Of a stretch of DNA of 35,089 bases, positions 1-7,985 are shown in pieces (the first letter of the stretch is position 1; every line of letters begins with the position of its first letter). Location: NCBI GenBank assembly GCA_964553435.1, contig CAZKKM010000002.1, positions 1 through 35,089 of the forward strand. Reading direction: 5' to 3'. The notes under the pieces are model-generated. The model saw only the letters and a list, made by a program, of their open reading frames with translations. It had not been told where the DNA came from and did not search any database. Made by a program: the position numbers and the translations under genes. Origin of the DNA: an uncultured Muribaculaceae bacterium. GTDB taxonomy: Bacteria > Bacillota_I > Bacilli_A > RF39 > UBA660.

Positions 1-1
1 G

Positions 2-1339
2 GAATACGACTCTTCCATCGAAGAGTATGCCAGCTACATAAATAGTTTAGGGCTTTCCGATCTCGAAGTGATAACCAAAGTCATGATCGATATTTGGGCA
101 AATATCTACGGTTATAATGGCAAAGTCGAAGGGTATAGTAACGACATAAACTACAGCCGCCTCGCCATTTACACTTATGGATATGGTGTCTGTAGACACT
201 TGGCTGACGATTTTACAGCACGCATGAATGCGATAAACCCGGAATATAAAGCTTTCAATATGTGTGTTTATATGCAAGACAGCTTTGAACTATCCAATAT
301 AGATCGTTTTTGGTTTCCTAAAGATCTTCCAAATGAAGAAGCAGATTTAGGTTTACCCAAACCAGTCAGAGAATTTATCAAAAGCAAAATTGGAAATCAT
401 ATGGTCACGTGCTTGACCATTCCGAATACGGACATTCATCTCGTAGTCGATGTGACTAATCCTTCTATTGGAGTTTTAAAAAACGGTCATATCGTCATGC
501 TCACAGAAAAAGATGTCGATCCTCTAGTGCCTATGCACGATTCGAACATTGGATACAAATGGAAAAATAAAGAAGAACTGCTGAGATATCTGGAATATTA
601 CTTGCAAAGTTTCTTATATTCACAAGATCTCGTTAAGTTAAAAGAAAAATACGGTACTTCTGCTCAAAATGAAGCGATAAAAAAAGTCTCTGTATACGGC
701 ACGTCGACCTATAAAATCGATCCTATCAACACCGATGAAACTCCGTTCAAAGGCAAATCACCTCTTTACTACGATGGCTACTGCCTCACCATTGATGACA
801 ATACTATCGAACTCTATAAAACGAACCTAACTGATGTAAAACCTCTCGAAGAAGTCTCCTACCGCGCGATAAATAACTTTTTAAGACGTCATCCTGAAGC
901 CACGAGAATTTTCATCAGTTACGATGATGATACGATAGATTTTTCTCAAATAGACTTCTCTGTACTGGATAATATCGAATATTTTAAAATTACCTGTACG
1001 AGTAGTAAAACCTCGGACAAAGTATTAAAATTAACCGGATCTATAGATAAACTTCTCGTTACATTCGATTCGCAAAAGACTGCCGAGGTAGGGCAGATTG
1101 CCGTTAGAGCTGATAATACTCGCGAGATGACCATAATACTCGCCAACGGCACCAAGTCTGAAAATATAGCCATCGAAGCCAACGACAATGCCGACTCCAT
1201 AACTATCAGTACAAAAGACAAAACAGACTATACCATCGACCGCCACTCGAAACAGGTAAAGATCATCTATTCCGTAGAGGGCAGAGTGATTGTCGAAGAA
1301 CTATCGTACGAAAAGCATCTCCAGAAAGTTTTAAATTAA
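2..1339 (+). CDS. Transglutaminase-like cysteine-protease-domain protein, 5'-partial (continues upstream of the window)
   Basis: Frame 2 has no stop from nt 2 to the GTG at 68, so the ORF runs off the left edge. Cys/His/Asp arrangement resembles a transglutaminase-like core: 'YGYGVCRHLADDF', then 'GNHMVTCL', then 'LVVDVTNP' 17 residues after the His. The C-terminal ~290 aa are unrecognised. Confidence 0.5.
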   Translation, partial: EYDSSIEEYASYINSLGLSDLEVITKVMIDIWANIYGYNGKVEGYSNDINYSRLAIYTYGYGVCRHLADDFTARMNAINPEYKAFNMCVYMQDSFELSNIDRFWFPKDLPNEEADLGLPKPVREFIKSKIGNHMVTCLTIPNTDIHLVVDVTNPSIGVLKNGHIVMLTEKDVDPLVPMHDSNIGYKWKNKEELLRYLEYYLQSFLYSQDLVKLKEKYGTSAQNEAIKKVSVYGTSTYKIDPINTDETPFKGKSPLYYDGYCLTIDDNTIELYKTNLTDVKPLEEVSYRAINNFLRRHPEATRIFISYDDDTIDFSQIDFSVLDNIEYFKITCTSSKTSDKVLKLTGSIDKLLVTFDSQKTAEVGQIAVRADNTREMTIILANGTKSENIAIEANDNADSITISTKDKTDYTIDRHSKQVKIIYSVEGRVIVEELSYEKHLQKVLN

Positions 1340-1409
1340 TCTTGGGAATCATACACCGTTCGTCAATTTTTGCACACCATTCGTGGTATGCTTTTTTCAG
1401 GTGATAAAG

Positions 1410-1814
1410 ATGCGAACATTCTATATTTTTAAGATCAATGATGCTTTCAAAACGATTACTCTCGATAAACCGTATAATCTATATCTGGCACTAGATAGCA
1501 TTCACTCGATGGGATCCGACGAAATTTCCTTGGCCATGAAACTCTTCGAAGAAATGTGCGACAAAAACGACGTAAGTTCGTTAAATTTGTCCATATTCAA
1601 TCTTTTGAGAGATTCCGATGCTTACACTAAATTCAACAACAATCACATCATCAACAATTACTTCACCGATGAATCATCGAAACTGACAGTCTATAAGACA
1701 TATCTCAAACTGAAAAGTTCCAAGAACAATCCGACTTTTTTCTCGACATTGCGTTACATCCCCAATCTCTTTGTCGTCGACTTCGTCGGCAAAGACTACT
1801 TTTGGTTGTCATAA
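1410..1814 (+). CDS. SirA (YneE)-like sporulation inhibitor of replication, tentative
   Basis: ATG at 1410 with SD AGGTGA 5 nt upstream. N-terminus 'MRTFYIFKINDAF' and C-terminus 'FFSTLRYIPNLFVVDFVGKDYFWL' resemble recalled B. subtilis SirA ('MERHYYTYLIKEEF', 'FFEVLRKVSPCFLAMDFNSKRYGWL'). It lies directly upstream of yneF, as sirA(yneE)-yneF does in B. subtilis. Confidence 0.5.
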   Translation: MRTFYIFKINDAFKTITLDKPYNLYLALDSIHSMGSDEISLAMKLFEEMCDKNDVSSLNLSIFNLLRDSDAYTKFNNNHIINNYFTDESSKLTVYKTYLKLKSSKNNPTFFSTLRYIPNLFVVDFVGKDYFWLS

Positions 1815-1858
1815 TTGCAAATTTTTAGTATAATCATCGTATAAAGGAGAGATAAAAC

Positions 1859-2071
1859 ATGTTACATGATATACTTATGATATTGTTGGGGTTAGTGATC
1901 GGCCTTGTCGCCGGTGTCCTGATTGCCCGCAAATTGATGAAAAAATACATGACAGAAAATCCACCGATCAATGAAAAGATGATCGAAACCCTCATGAGTG
2001 GTATGGGTAGAAAACCGAGCCAAAAACAAATCAACCAAATGATGAGAGAAATCAATAGACTACAAAAATAG
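1859..2071 (+). CDS. yneF: UPF0154 family small membrane protein YneF
   Basis: 70 aa with an N-terminal TM helix, followed by '[30 protein letters not shown]', which closely matches the YneF signature 'KNPPINEQM...MGxKPSQKKINQMM'. SD AAAGGAGA upstream. Confidence 0.75.
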   Translation: MLHDILMILLGLVIGLVAGVLIARKLMKKYMTENPPINEKMIETLMSGMGRKPSQKQINQMMREINRLQK

Positions 2072-2098
2072 TTTATTGCAAGTGAGGAGTACAAATTT

Positions 2099-2689
2099 AT
2101 GACTATAGCAATCGACATCGACAGTGTCTTGGTCGATACTGAAAAGTATATAAAAGAAAAAGGAGTGGGGTACTTTGGGAAAGAACCAGTAAACCAATCG
2201 GGGTTCAACGTCAGCGACATTTTTGCCGTTTCCAAAAGTGACGAACAAGCATTTTGGGATGTCTACTATCACGATTACATCACAAATGGTCCGATCTATG
2301 AAGGCGCTGCCGATGCGACAAAATCACTTCATGACTTGGGTCACCAGATTCTTCTCGTTTCTGCTCGTTATTATAGACCAGATAAAGGTTTCGCGACAGA
2401 GAAAGAATATCAAGATGTCATGAGAGCACACCTTCAAAAAAATGGCATTTACTTCGACGAAATCTATTCTGAACCGAGACCCAAAGTCCCGGCAGTGTCC
2501 AAATACAAAATAGACGTCTTCATCGAAGATGATCCCGTAAACGTAATAGCTCTTTCTGAACATACACATGTACTCATCAAAGATACGTCGTATAATAAAG
2601 ACATCCTTCTTCCCAATACTACACGTCTTAGTTCTTGGAATGATGTCGTCGATTTGATTCAAAAAAACAATTGGCCGTCTTGTCACTGA
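2099..2689 (+). CDS. HAD-superfamily nucleotidase (5'(3')-deoxyribonucleotidase/NT5C-like)
   Basis: N-terminal DxDxV motif 'IAIDIDSVLVDT', later 'LLVSAR' and 'DVFIEDDPVNV' fit HAD motifs I-IV. SD GAGGAG upstream of the ATG. Confidence 0.5.
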   Translation: MTIAIDIDSVLVDTEKYIKEKGVGYFGKEPVNQSGFNVSDIFAVSKSDEQAFWDVYYHDYITNGPIYEGAADATKSLHDLGHQILLVSARYYRPDKGFATEKEYQDVMRAHLQKNGIYFDEIYSEPRPKVPAVSKYKIDVFIEDDPVNVIALSEHTHVLIKDTSYNKDILLPNTTRLSSWNDVVDLIQKNNWPSCH

Positions 2690-2713
2690 CTCTCGTATCG
2701 AGAGTTTTTTTTT
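2689..2713 (+). terminator. Rho-independent terminator after the HAD gene
   Basis: Stem ACTCTCG / CGAGAGT (2689-2695 / 2699-2705) with a 3-nt loop, followed by a T9 run. Confidence 0.7.
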
Positions 2714-2739
2714 GAAAAAAAATACATCTTTCGATGTAT
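2714..2739 (-). terminator. Rho-independent terminator after add (minus strand)
   Basis: Stem ATACATC / GATGTAT (2722-2728 / 2733-2739) with a 4-nt loop. The A8 run on the plus strand is a U-run on the minus-strand transcript. It sits back to back with the plus-strand terminator. Confidence 0.6.
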
Positions 2740-3695
2740 CAGTCCAACATTGACAAAACCTCTTTTTTTTCTTTCTCACTCATGAAAGAGTGGGCTATTG
2801 CTGTTTTGTTCATGTCATTAAAATCTTTGATCGTGAAACCAAAATATTTATTCAACAAATTATATTCGTCTGTCAATGTAGTCTTATTTATCGTTCTATT
2901 ATCGGTGTTGATCGTCACTTCTACACCGGAATCGATCAATCTTTGAACAGGGTGATCGTTGTATCTTTCATATAACCCAGTTGCCATATTGGCCGTCAAA
3001 CAAATTTCCAAAGGTATGTGTAACTTCTTGAGCTTTTCCATCGTCTCGAAATTTGTAATTGCTTTGACACCGTGACCGACTCTTTTTGCTCCGAATGCGA
3101 TTGCCGTATCGATGCCTCGAAAATCTTCAAATTCTCCGGCATGAATGACATAAGGAACACCCAAGCTATTTGCATAGACGAACAACTCGCGGTAATTTCT
3201 AAGAGGATTATCTTTCTCATCACCGGCCAAATCGACCGCACAGACACCTTTTCTCAAATATTTTTTTGCAATATCGATGACTGCTTTGTTTGTTTCGAAG
3301 TCGTATTCTCTTTTCATCATCAAAATGAGTTTAGCACGTAAGGTACTGACTGCCATACCTTCTAAAGTTGCCTCGACGACATCCTTGAGTGTCAAGTCCT
3401 TCTCGAGATGAGCTGTGGGGTCGAGTCTTATCTCTGCATAGACGACATTCTCCATCTTCAAATCTTTACAAAGTTCCATAGCGGCTTCTTTGAGTCTAGC
3501 TTTTGTCTGTAAAAGACCGCTCGCATATCCTGCGACTTCTTTGTAATTTGCCATATCACCGGCTTTTTCCAAAATCAATGCTTTCTCCACTTCATCGACC
3601 GATTTTCTCGTCCACTTGGTCACTCTCACAGGGTTGAGTGATCCTTCCAAATGACAATGCAAATCCACCTTTTTTAAACTTTCATACTTCTTCAT
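2739..3695 (-). CDS. add: Adenosine deaminase
   Basis: 318 aa with N-terminal 'KVDLHCHLEGSL' metal-binding motif, 'HAGE' and a 'TINTDN' C-terminal motif typical of adenosine deaminases. Overlaps the deoD stop by 4 nt. Confidence 0.9.
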   Translation of the reverse strand: MKKYESLKKVDLHCHLEGSLNPVRVTKWTRKSVDEVEKALILEKAGDMANYKEVAGYASGLLQTKARLKEAAMELCKDLKMENVVYAEIRLDPTAHLEKDLTLKDVVEATLEGMAVSTLRAKLILMMKREYDFETNKAVIDIAKKYLRKGVCAVDLAGDEKDNPLRNYRELFVYANSLGVPYVIHAGEFEDFRGIDTAIAFGAKRVGHGVKAITNFETMEKLKKLHIPLEICLTANMATGLYERYNDHPVQRLIDSGVEVTINTDNRTINKTTLTDEYNLLNKYFGFTIKDFNDMNKTAIAHSFMSEKEKKEVLSMLD

Positions 3696-4408
3696 CTTAT
3701 AATTGCCTCCAACGCTAAAGTTATCATATCATTTAAGGATGTTTCTCGTTCCTCGCTCGTAAGTACGGCTTCGGGAGTATACTTCGAGTCGACGACCGTC
3801 ACTATTGCTGCGACGTCTATACCGGTTATTTTTCCTATGTAGTAAAGTCCGAATGCCTCCATCTCTACCGCGCTCGGATCAGTACAACCGACGAGCTTCA
3901 TCGTTCGCTCGATATCGCTGTAGACATCGAATATGTCGCTCGTCAAAATGTCATCGAATATGACATTGCTTTTCATAGAATCGGCACAAGCTCTGATGTC
4001 TTCTATGAGAGTAGGGGAAGCTAACATCTCGTTCGATTCATCCCCACCGAAACACAAGGCGAACGTACTGGCACTTTTGGCACTCGTTCCGACTACCAAA
4101 TCGCGCAACTTTACTTTCGGATTCATCGAACCTGCACTTCCTATTCTTATGATTTTCTTGACACCATAAAATTTGGCCAACTCGTAAGAATATATGCCCA
4201 TCGACGGTATGCCCATACCCGAGCCTATGACGGTTATTCTTTTTCCTTTGTAAAAACCGGTGAATCCCAACATATTGCGAACATCGTTTATCAAAGTAGC
4301 ATTCTCGAGAAAGTTATTTGCTATGTATTTTGCTCTCAAAGGATCGCCAGGCATCAAAACTAGTTCGCTCACATTCTCTTTGGCCGTCACAATGTGAACA
4401 GGCTCCAT
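3692..4408 (-). CDS. deoD: Purine nucleoside phosphorylase, DeoD type
   Basis: 'VHIVTAKENVSELVLMPGDPLRAKYIANNFLE...GFTGFYKGKRITVIGSGMGIPS' and 'VEMEAFGLY' match DeoD. Start set at ATG 4408 by comparison with the B. subtilis DeoD N-terminus; the ORF track begins at a TTG at 4432. Confidence 0.9.
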   Translation of the reverse strand: MEPVHIVTAKENVSELVLMPGDPLRAKYIANNFLENATLINDVRNMLGFTGFYKGKRITVIGSGMGIPSMGIYSYELAKFYGVKKIIRIGSAGSMNPKVKLRDLVVGTSAKSASTFALCFGGDESNEMLASPTLIEDIRACADSMKSNVIFDDILTSDIFDVYSDIERTMKLVGCTDPSAVEMEAFGLYYIGKITGIDVAAIVTVVDSKYTPEAVLTSEERETSLNDMITLALEAIIR

Positions 4409-4457
4409 ATAATCACATCCTATCATAAACAATTATAACAAAAAAGACTGGATAGTT

Positions 4458-5171
4458 CTAGTCTAAGTTGCAACTTTCCATAAAGTTCTTTACATATTCG
4501 CGATAAGCATCATATTCCCGTCCCGAATCGTCTTCCTTATACTCGAGTTTTAGACGATCGAAAAGTATCTTCAAAAGATAATCTGTAAAATAGGGATTCC
4601 TTATCAACAAGGGCCCGACAAAATTCATCGTAAAAAAATTGTTCAATCTGGCATTATCTTGAAATCCAAAAGGCCTCACTCCGTTGTTGTTTACAATATT
4701 CGAGTTCGTATTCCTAAAACCGATTATGTGTCGACCTTTGAATACTTCTAACTCTTCGAATTCATAAGTGATTTCTCCGACTTGTCGACCACTTTTGTAA
4801 ACGGCATCGTAATTGAAAAGAGCCAAGCCCGGGATGTCGTCGTGACCAGGTACGACGATTTTAGATCCGAACAGTTCCATCGCATTGCCGGTCACTAAAA
4901 ATATTTTGCCATTTTCGACGGCTTCGACGATTTCCTTTTTATACTTCATCAAATCGTCCAATACGAACAGTTCGTTCTCTTCACTGCCTGCTCCGAGATA
5001 ATATAAATCGTACTCTTCAAAATTCAACTTATCCCCGATGGAGAGATTGTCCGTTTGTACATCGACTCCCTGTTTTGTGATGAATTTTTCCAAAGCGAGA
5101 ATGTTCCCGTTCTCTCCATAGAGATTCATGATATCATAATAAAGATGTGCGATCTTAATCTTCTTTTTCAT
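4458..5171 (-). CDS. gatD: GatD-like (CobQ-type glutamine amidotransferase-like) subunit of lipid II isoglutaminyl synthase; active-site Cys and His absent
   Basis: Collinear with recalled S. aureus GatD: 'IAHLYYDIMNLYGENGNILAL', 'YLGAGSEENE', 'GPLLIRNPYFTDYLL'. Overlaps murT by 17 nt. The nucleophile elbow reads 'LVTGNAMELFG' and the His site reads 'NFVGP' (see findings). Confidence 0.75.
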   Translation of the reverse strand: MKKKIKIAHLYYDIMNLYGENGNILALEKFITKQGVDVQTDNLSIGDKLNFEEYDLYYLGAGSEENELFVLDDLMKYKKEIVEAVENGKIFLVTGNAMELFGSKIVVPGHDDIPGLALFNYDAVYKSGRQVGEITYEFEELEVFKGRHIIGFRNTNSNIVNNNGVRPFGFQDNARLNNFFTMNFVGPLLIRNPYFTDYLLKILFDRLKLEYKEDDSGREYDAYREYVKNFMESCNLD

Positions 5172-6516
5172 GTTCTCTTTCCTCCAATTTTTCTTTGATG
5201 ATGGCTGTCATGTCGAAGCAGACCATCGTATAAATATTCCCGGCACTATGCGATACGACATCTTCTAACAATTTGTCCATATCCTCGACGAGAAAAAGTT
5301 TATCATCGTCGAATCCCGCATATTCGAGACGCAAAGCTACGTCGTTTCTGAATCGACCGATCACGAATATTTTATCGACCGATTCATCGTTCAATCTTTC
5401 GAAGGGAACATCGTAAAGCCAAGATAAATCGTTGTGCTTATACCTGCGTGATACATTTTCAAATCCCAAGATGATCGTCTTTTTCCCATCTTGATTTCTT
5501 ATATAATCGATAGATTGTAAATACGAAAGAGAATTTTCATTCTTCGATTCTAACATTTCTATTCGTCGCCCAGCAAGAATATAACTTTTCCCACGTTTTG
5601 CTTCTTTTCTATCCTCATCTATTTCGTGTACTATCGTTTCTTTGTCTATACCCAATATATCACATATCGCATAAGAAAGCAGGGTATAATAAACGGCGAA
5701 GAACACTTTCTTATCTAAGACTAATCGGTTTCCTTGGACGACAAAGGAACCTTTTTTTATATCGACTTCGGTCGCTTCGTATTTGACTGATCCTCGTCCA
5801 AATGAACAGCGAGGACAATTGTAAACTCCCAAATGTCCGTAATGATATGCTTCATACTCGAGTTTGCCTCGACAACTCGGACAATAAGCCGCATCTATGG
5901 CATACTCGGGTCGCTCACCGGTTTCACCCTCGACTTTGGCAACTCCATAAGTGCTCTGTCTACCAAAGTGCCCAAAAGTCATTCTCATCGCTATTGGATC
6001 GTCCGCATTCAAAATGAGATGCATGCCATCATCTAAACTTTCCATTATTTTCTTTAAGATGACTTCCGGATGAGCATTTCTGGCAGGTTGATCTCTCGTG
6101 ATGTTCGTCACAGCCATATGTGTAATCACACCAGGCCTAAATGTACCGGCAATGTATCTTTCGTCCATTTCCAAAAGCAAGACATCGGCATCGACTTCGT
6201 GACTGAAAGCTTTGGTATTTGAAAGCACCAAAGTGACTATGGCCGTGAGTACATTCGATCCACTCGCATTGAAGACGACCTTTTTGCCGGCACCTTTCAA
6301 AATATGAGCTACCATCGAAACGGTAGAACCCTTGCCGGAAGAACCGGTCACGACGACGACCTGTTTTGGATAATGTATTTTATCCAAAACGTTTCTTTGC
6401 AATTTTAAAATGCATCTTCCTGGTAAAACACTTCCTTTTTTTTTGAAAAGAGGTCCGAATATTTTGCACCCCCAAGATATGAATTTACATAACAATATCG
6501 ATATTGTAGTTCGCAT
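5155..6516 (-). CDS. murT: MurT, Mur-ligase-family subunit of lipid II isoglutaminyl synthase
   Basis: 453 aa. P-loop 'VTGSSGKGST', Cys4 ribbon 'CPSCRGKLEYEAYHYGHLGVYNCPRC', and C-terminal 'NDLSWLYDVPFERL' matching the S. aureus MurT 'RDTSWIYDADFEKL' segment. Translationally coupled to gatD. Confidence 0.8.
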   Translation of the reverse strand: MRTTISILLCKFISWGCKIFGPLFKKKGSVLPGRCILKLQRNVLDKIHYPKQVVVVTGSSGKGSTVSMVAHILKGAGKKVVFNASGSNVLTAIVTLVLSNTKAFSHEVDADVLLLEMDERYIAGTFRPGVITHMAVTNITRDQPARNAHPEVILKKIMESLDDGMHLILNADDPIAMRMTFGHFGRQSTYGVAKVEGETGERPEYAIDAAYCPSCRGKLEYEAYHYGHLGVYNCPRCSFGRGSVKYEATEVDIKKGSFVVQGNRLVLDKKVFFAVYYTLLSYAICDILGIDKETIVHEIDEDRKEAKRGKSYILAGRRIEMLESKNENSLSYLQSIDYIRNQDGKKTIILGFENVSRRYKHNDLSWLYDVPFERLNDESVDKIFVIGRFRNDVALRLEYAGFDDDKLFLVEDMDKLLEDVVSHSAGNIYTMVCFDMTAIIKEKLEEREHEKED

Positions 6517-6780
6517 AATTTATCACCATACCAATTATAACATTTAACGAGACAAAATACTAGAAAAACGCAAAATATTCCACGGCGAGAATGTCCAATT
6601 CGAGTAAAGCATAATTCTACTAATAAAATCTATCTCGAATATTGCCAAAAACATGATTTACTAAAAAAAAACCATCCAAAAACAAATTTTGCCAAAAAAA
6701 GGCTCACATTTTTCTTTTTTATGAGAAAAAAACCGATTGTCCGGTATAATAATAAGTGAAGGGTATAGTAAAAAAAGAAA

Positions 6781-6797
6781 TTTGTTTGACAAACAAA
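6781..6797. repeat. Perfect 8-1-8 inverted repeat TTTGTTTG-A-CAAACAAA overlapping the recA -35 box
   Basis: Read directly. The reverse complement equals the sequence itself except for the central base. Function as an operator is only inferred. Confidence 0.6.
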
Positions 6798-6814
6798 AAG
6801 GGGTAGTTTAAAAT
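6786..6814 (+). promoter_or_regulatory. Putative sigma-A-type promoter of recA (TTGACA-17-TAAAAT)
   Basis: TTGACA at 6786-6791, a 17-nt spacer, TAAAAT at 6809-6814. SD AGGAGG at 6826-6831 and GTG start at 6838. Confidence 0.5.
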
Positions 6815-6837
6815 TAAATTCATATAGGAGGAATAAC

Positions 6838-7881
6838 GTGAAAAAAGAAACACAAAAAACTACAAACAAAGATAAAACATTGGAAGAAGTGATGGCTCAA
6901 ATTGAAAAACAATTCGGCAAAGGTGCCATCATGAAGTTGGGTAGCGAAGAACATATTCAAATCGAAACGACACCGTCTGGTTCACTTGCTCTCGACATAG
7001 CTCTAGGGGTGGGAGGATATCCGAAAGGCCGCATTATCGAAATATTTGGCCCCGAGTCGAGTGGTAAGACGACTTTTGCTCTCGAAGCTATAGCTGCTTG
7101 CCAAAGAGAAGGAGGACGTGCGGCATTTATCGATGCTGAGCATGCTCTCGATCCGGTATACAGTAAAAACCTAGGTGTAGATATCGACGAATTGCTGCTC
7201 AGTCAACCGGACACAGGAGAACAAGCTTTGGAAATAGTCGATGCTCTTGTCAAAAGTGAGGCGGTAAACCTCATCGTCATCGACTCGGTCGCCGCTTTAG
7301 TGCCTCAAGCCGAAATCGAAGGTGAAATGGGTGATTCGCACGTCGGACTACAGGCTCGCCTCATGAGTCAAGCCTTGAGAAAACTTTCCGGCAACATCAA
7401 CAAAACGAATACGACAGCCATCTTCATCAATCAGCTTCGTGAAAAAGTCGGAGTCATGTTCGGCAACCCCGAAACCACACCGGGAGGCCGAGCACTCAAA
7501 TTCTATTCGTCTGTCCGTCTCGATATCAGAAAAGGAGAAGCTATCAAAAACGGCGATCAAATCATCGGTAGCAAAGCTAAAGTCAAAGTCGTCAAAAACA
7601 AAGTGGCCCCTCCATTTAAGAGCATAGAAGTCGATATCATGTACGGACTAGGTATCTCGCGCGAAGGCGAACTTTTGGACATCGCTTCCGATATCGACGT
7701 CGTCGAAAAGAGCGGAGCTTGGTATGCTTACAATGGCGAAAAAATCGGCCAAGGGAAAGAAAATGCTAAAATTTTCTTGAAAGAAAATCCTTCTGTTGCC
7801 GACGAAATCGAAGAAAAGATAAGAGCCCACTACGATATCGGTATGACGAAGAAAACTTCGGCCGATGAACAAAACGAATAA
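6838..7881 (+). CDS. recA: Recombinase RecA
   Basis: 347 aa with '[15 protein letters not shown]' Walker A, '[11 protein letters not shown]', 'IVIDSVAAL' and '[28 protein letters not shown]'. This is the unmistakable RecA core. GTG start with a strong SD. Confidence 0.97.
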   Translation: MKKETQKTTNKDKTLEEVMAQIEKQFGKGAIMKLGSEEHIQIETTPSGSLALDIALGVGGYPKGRIIEIFGPESSGKTTFALEAIAACQREGGRAAFIDAEHALDPVYSKNLGVDIDELLLSQPDTGEQALEIVDALVKSEAVNLIVIDSVAALVPQAEIEGEMGDSHVGLQARLMSQALRKLSGNINKTNTTAIFINQLREKVGVMFGNPETTPGGRALKFYSSVRLDIRKGEAIKNGDQIIGSKAKVKVVKNKVAPPFKSIEVDIMYGLGISREGELLDIASDIDVVEKSGAWYAYNGEKIGQGKENAKIFLKENPSVADEIEEKIRAHYDIGMTKKTSADEQNE

Positions 7882-7883
7882 TT

Positions 7884-7908
7884 ATAGAGAATTGTTCTCT
7901 ATTTTTTT
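7884..7908 (+). terminator. Rho-independent terminator after recA
   Basis: Stem ATAGAGAA / TTCTCTAT (7884-7891 / 7895-7902) with a 3-nt loop, followed by a T-run. Confidence 0.7.
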
Positions 7909-7930
7909 GGTTTTTTCGCAAACAAAATAA

Positions 7931-7959
7931 TTGACTATCACACACGTTTATGTTAATAT
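7931..7959 (+). promoter_or_regulatory. Putative sigma-A-type promoter of the paralog triplet (TTGACT-17-TAATAT)
   Basis: TTGACT at 7931-7936, a 17-nt spacer, TAATAT at 7954-7959. It lies ~27 nt upstream of the ATG at 7986, which has SD AAAGGGGA. Confidence 0.55.
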
Positions 7960-7985
7960 ATCTACTCAAAAAGGGGAAATTTATT

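Noticed and set aside
4409-4457. Purine riboswitch upstream of deoD-add
   Set aside because: Only ~50 nt separate gatD from deoD, too short for a guanine/adenine aptamer plus expression platform. The genes look co-transcribed with murT-gatD.
6589-6601. GAATGTCCAATTC as a degenerate LexA/Cheo box
   Set aside because: The half-sites are GAAT/ATTC with a 5-nt spacer rather than GAAC-N4-GTTC. It lies ~240 nt upstream of the recA start and is closer to murT. That is too weak to call.
6630-6869. 79-aa Phe-rich minus-strand ORF in the murT-recA intergenic region
   Set aside because: It is an artefact of the A-rich intergenic DNA (A-runs read as poly-Phe) and overlaps the recA start and promoter. 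It has no SD.
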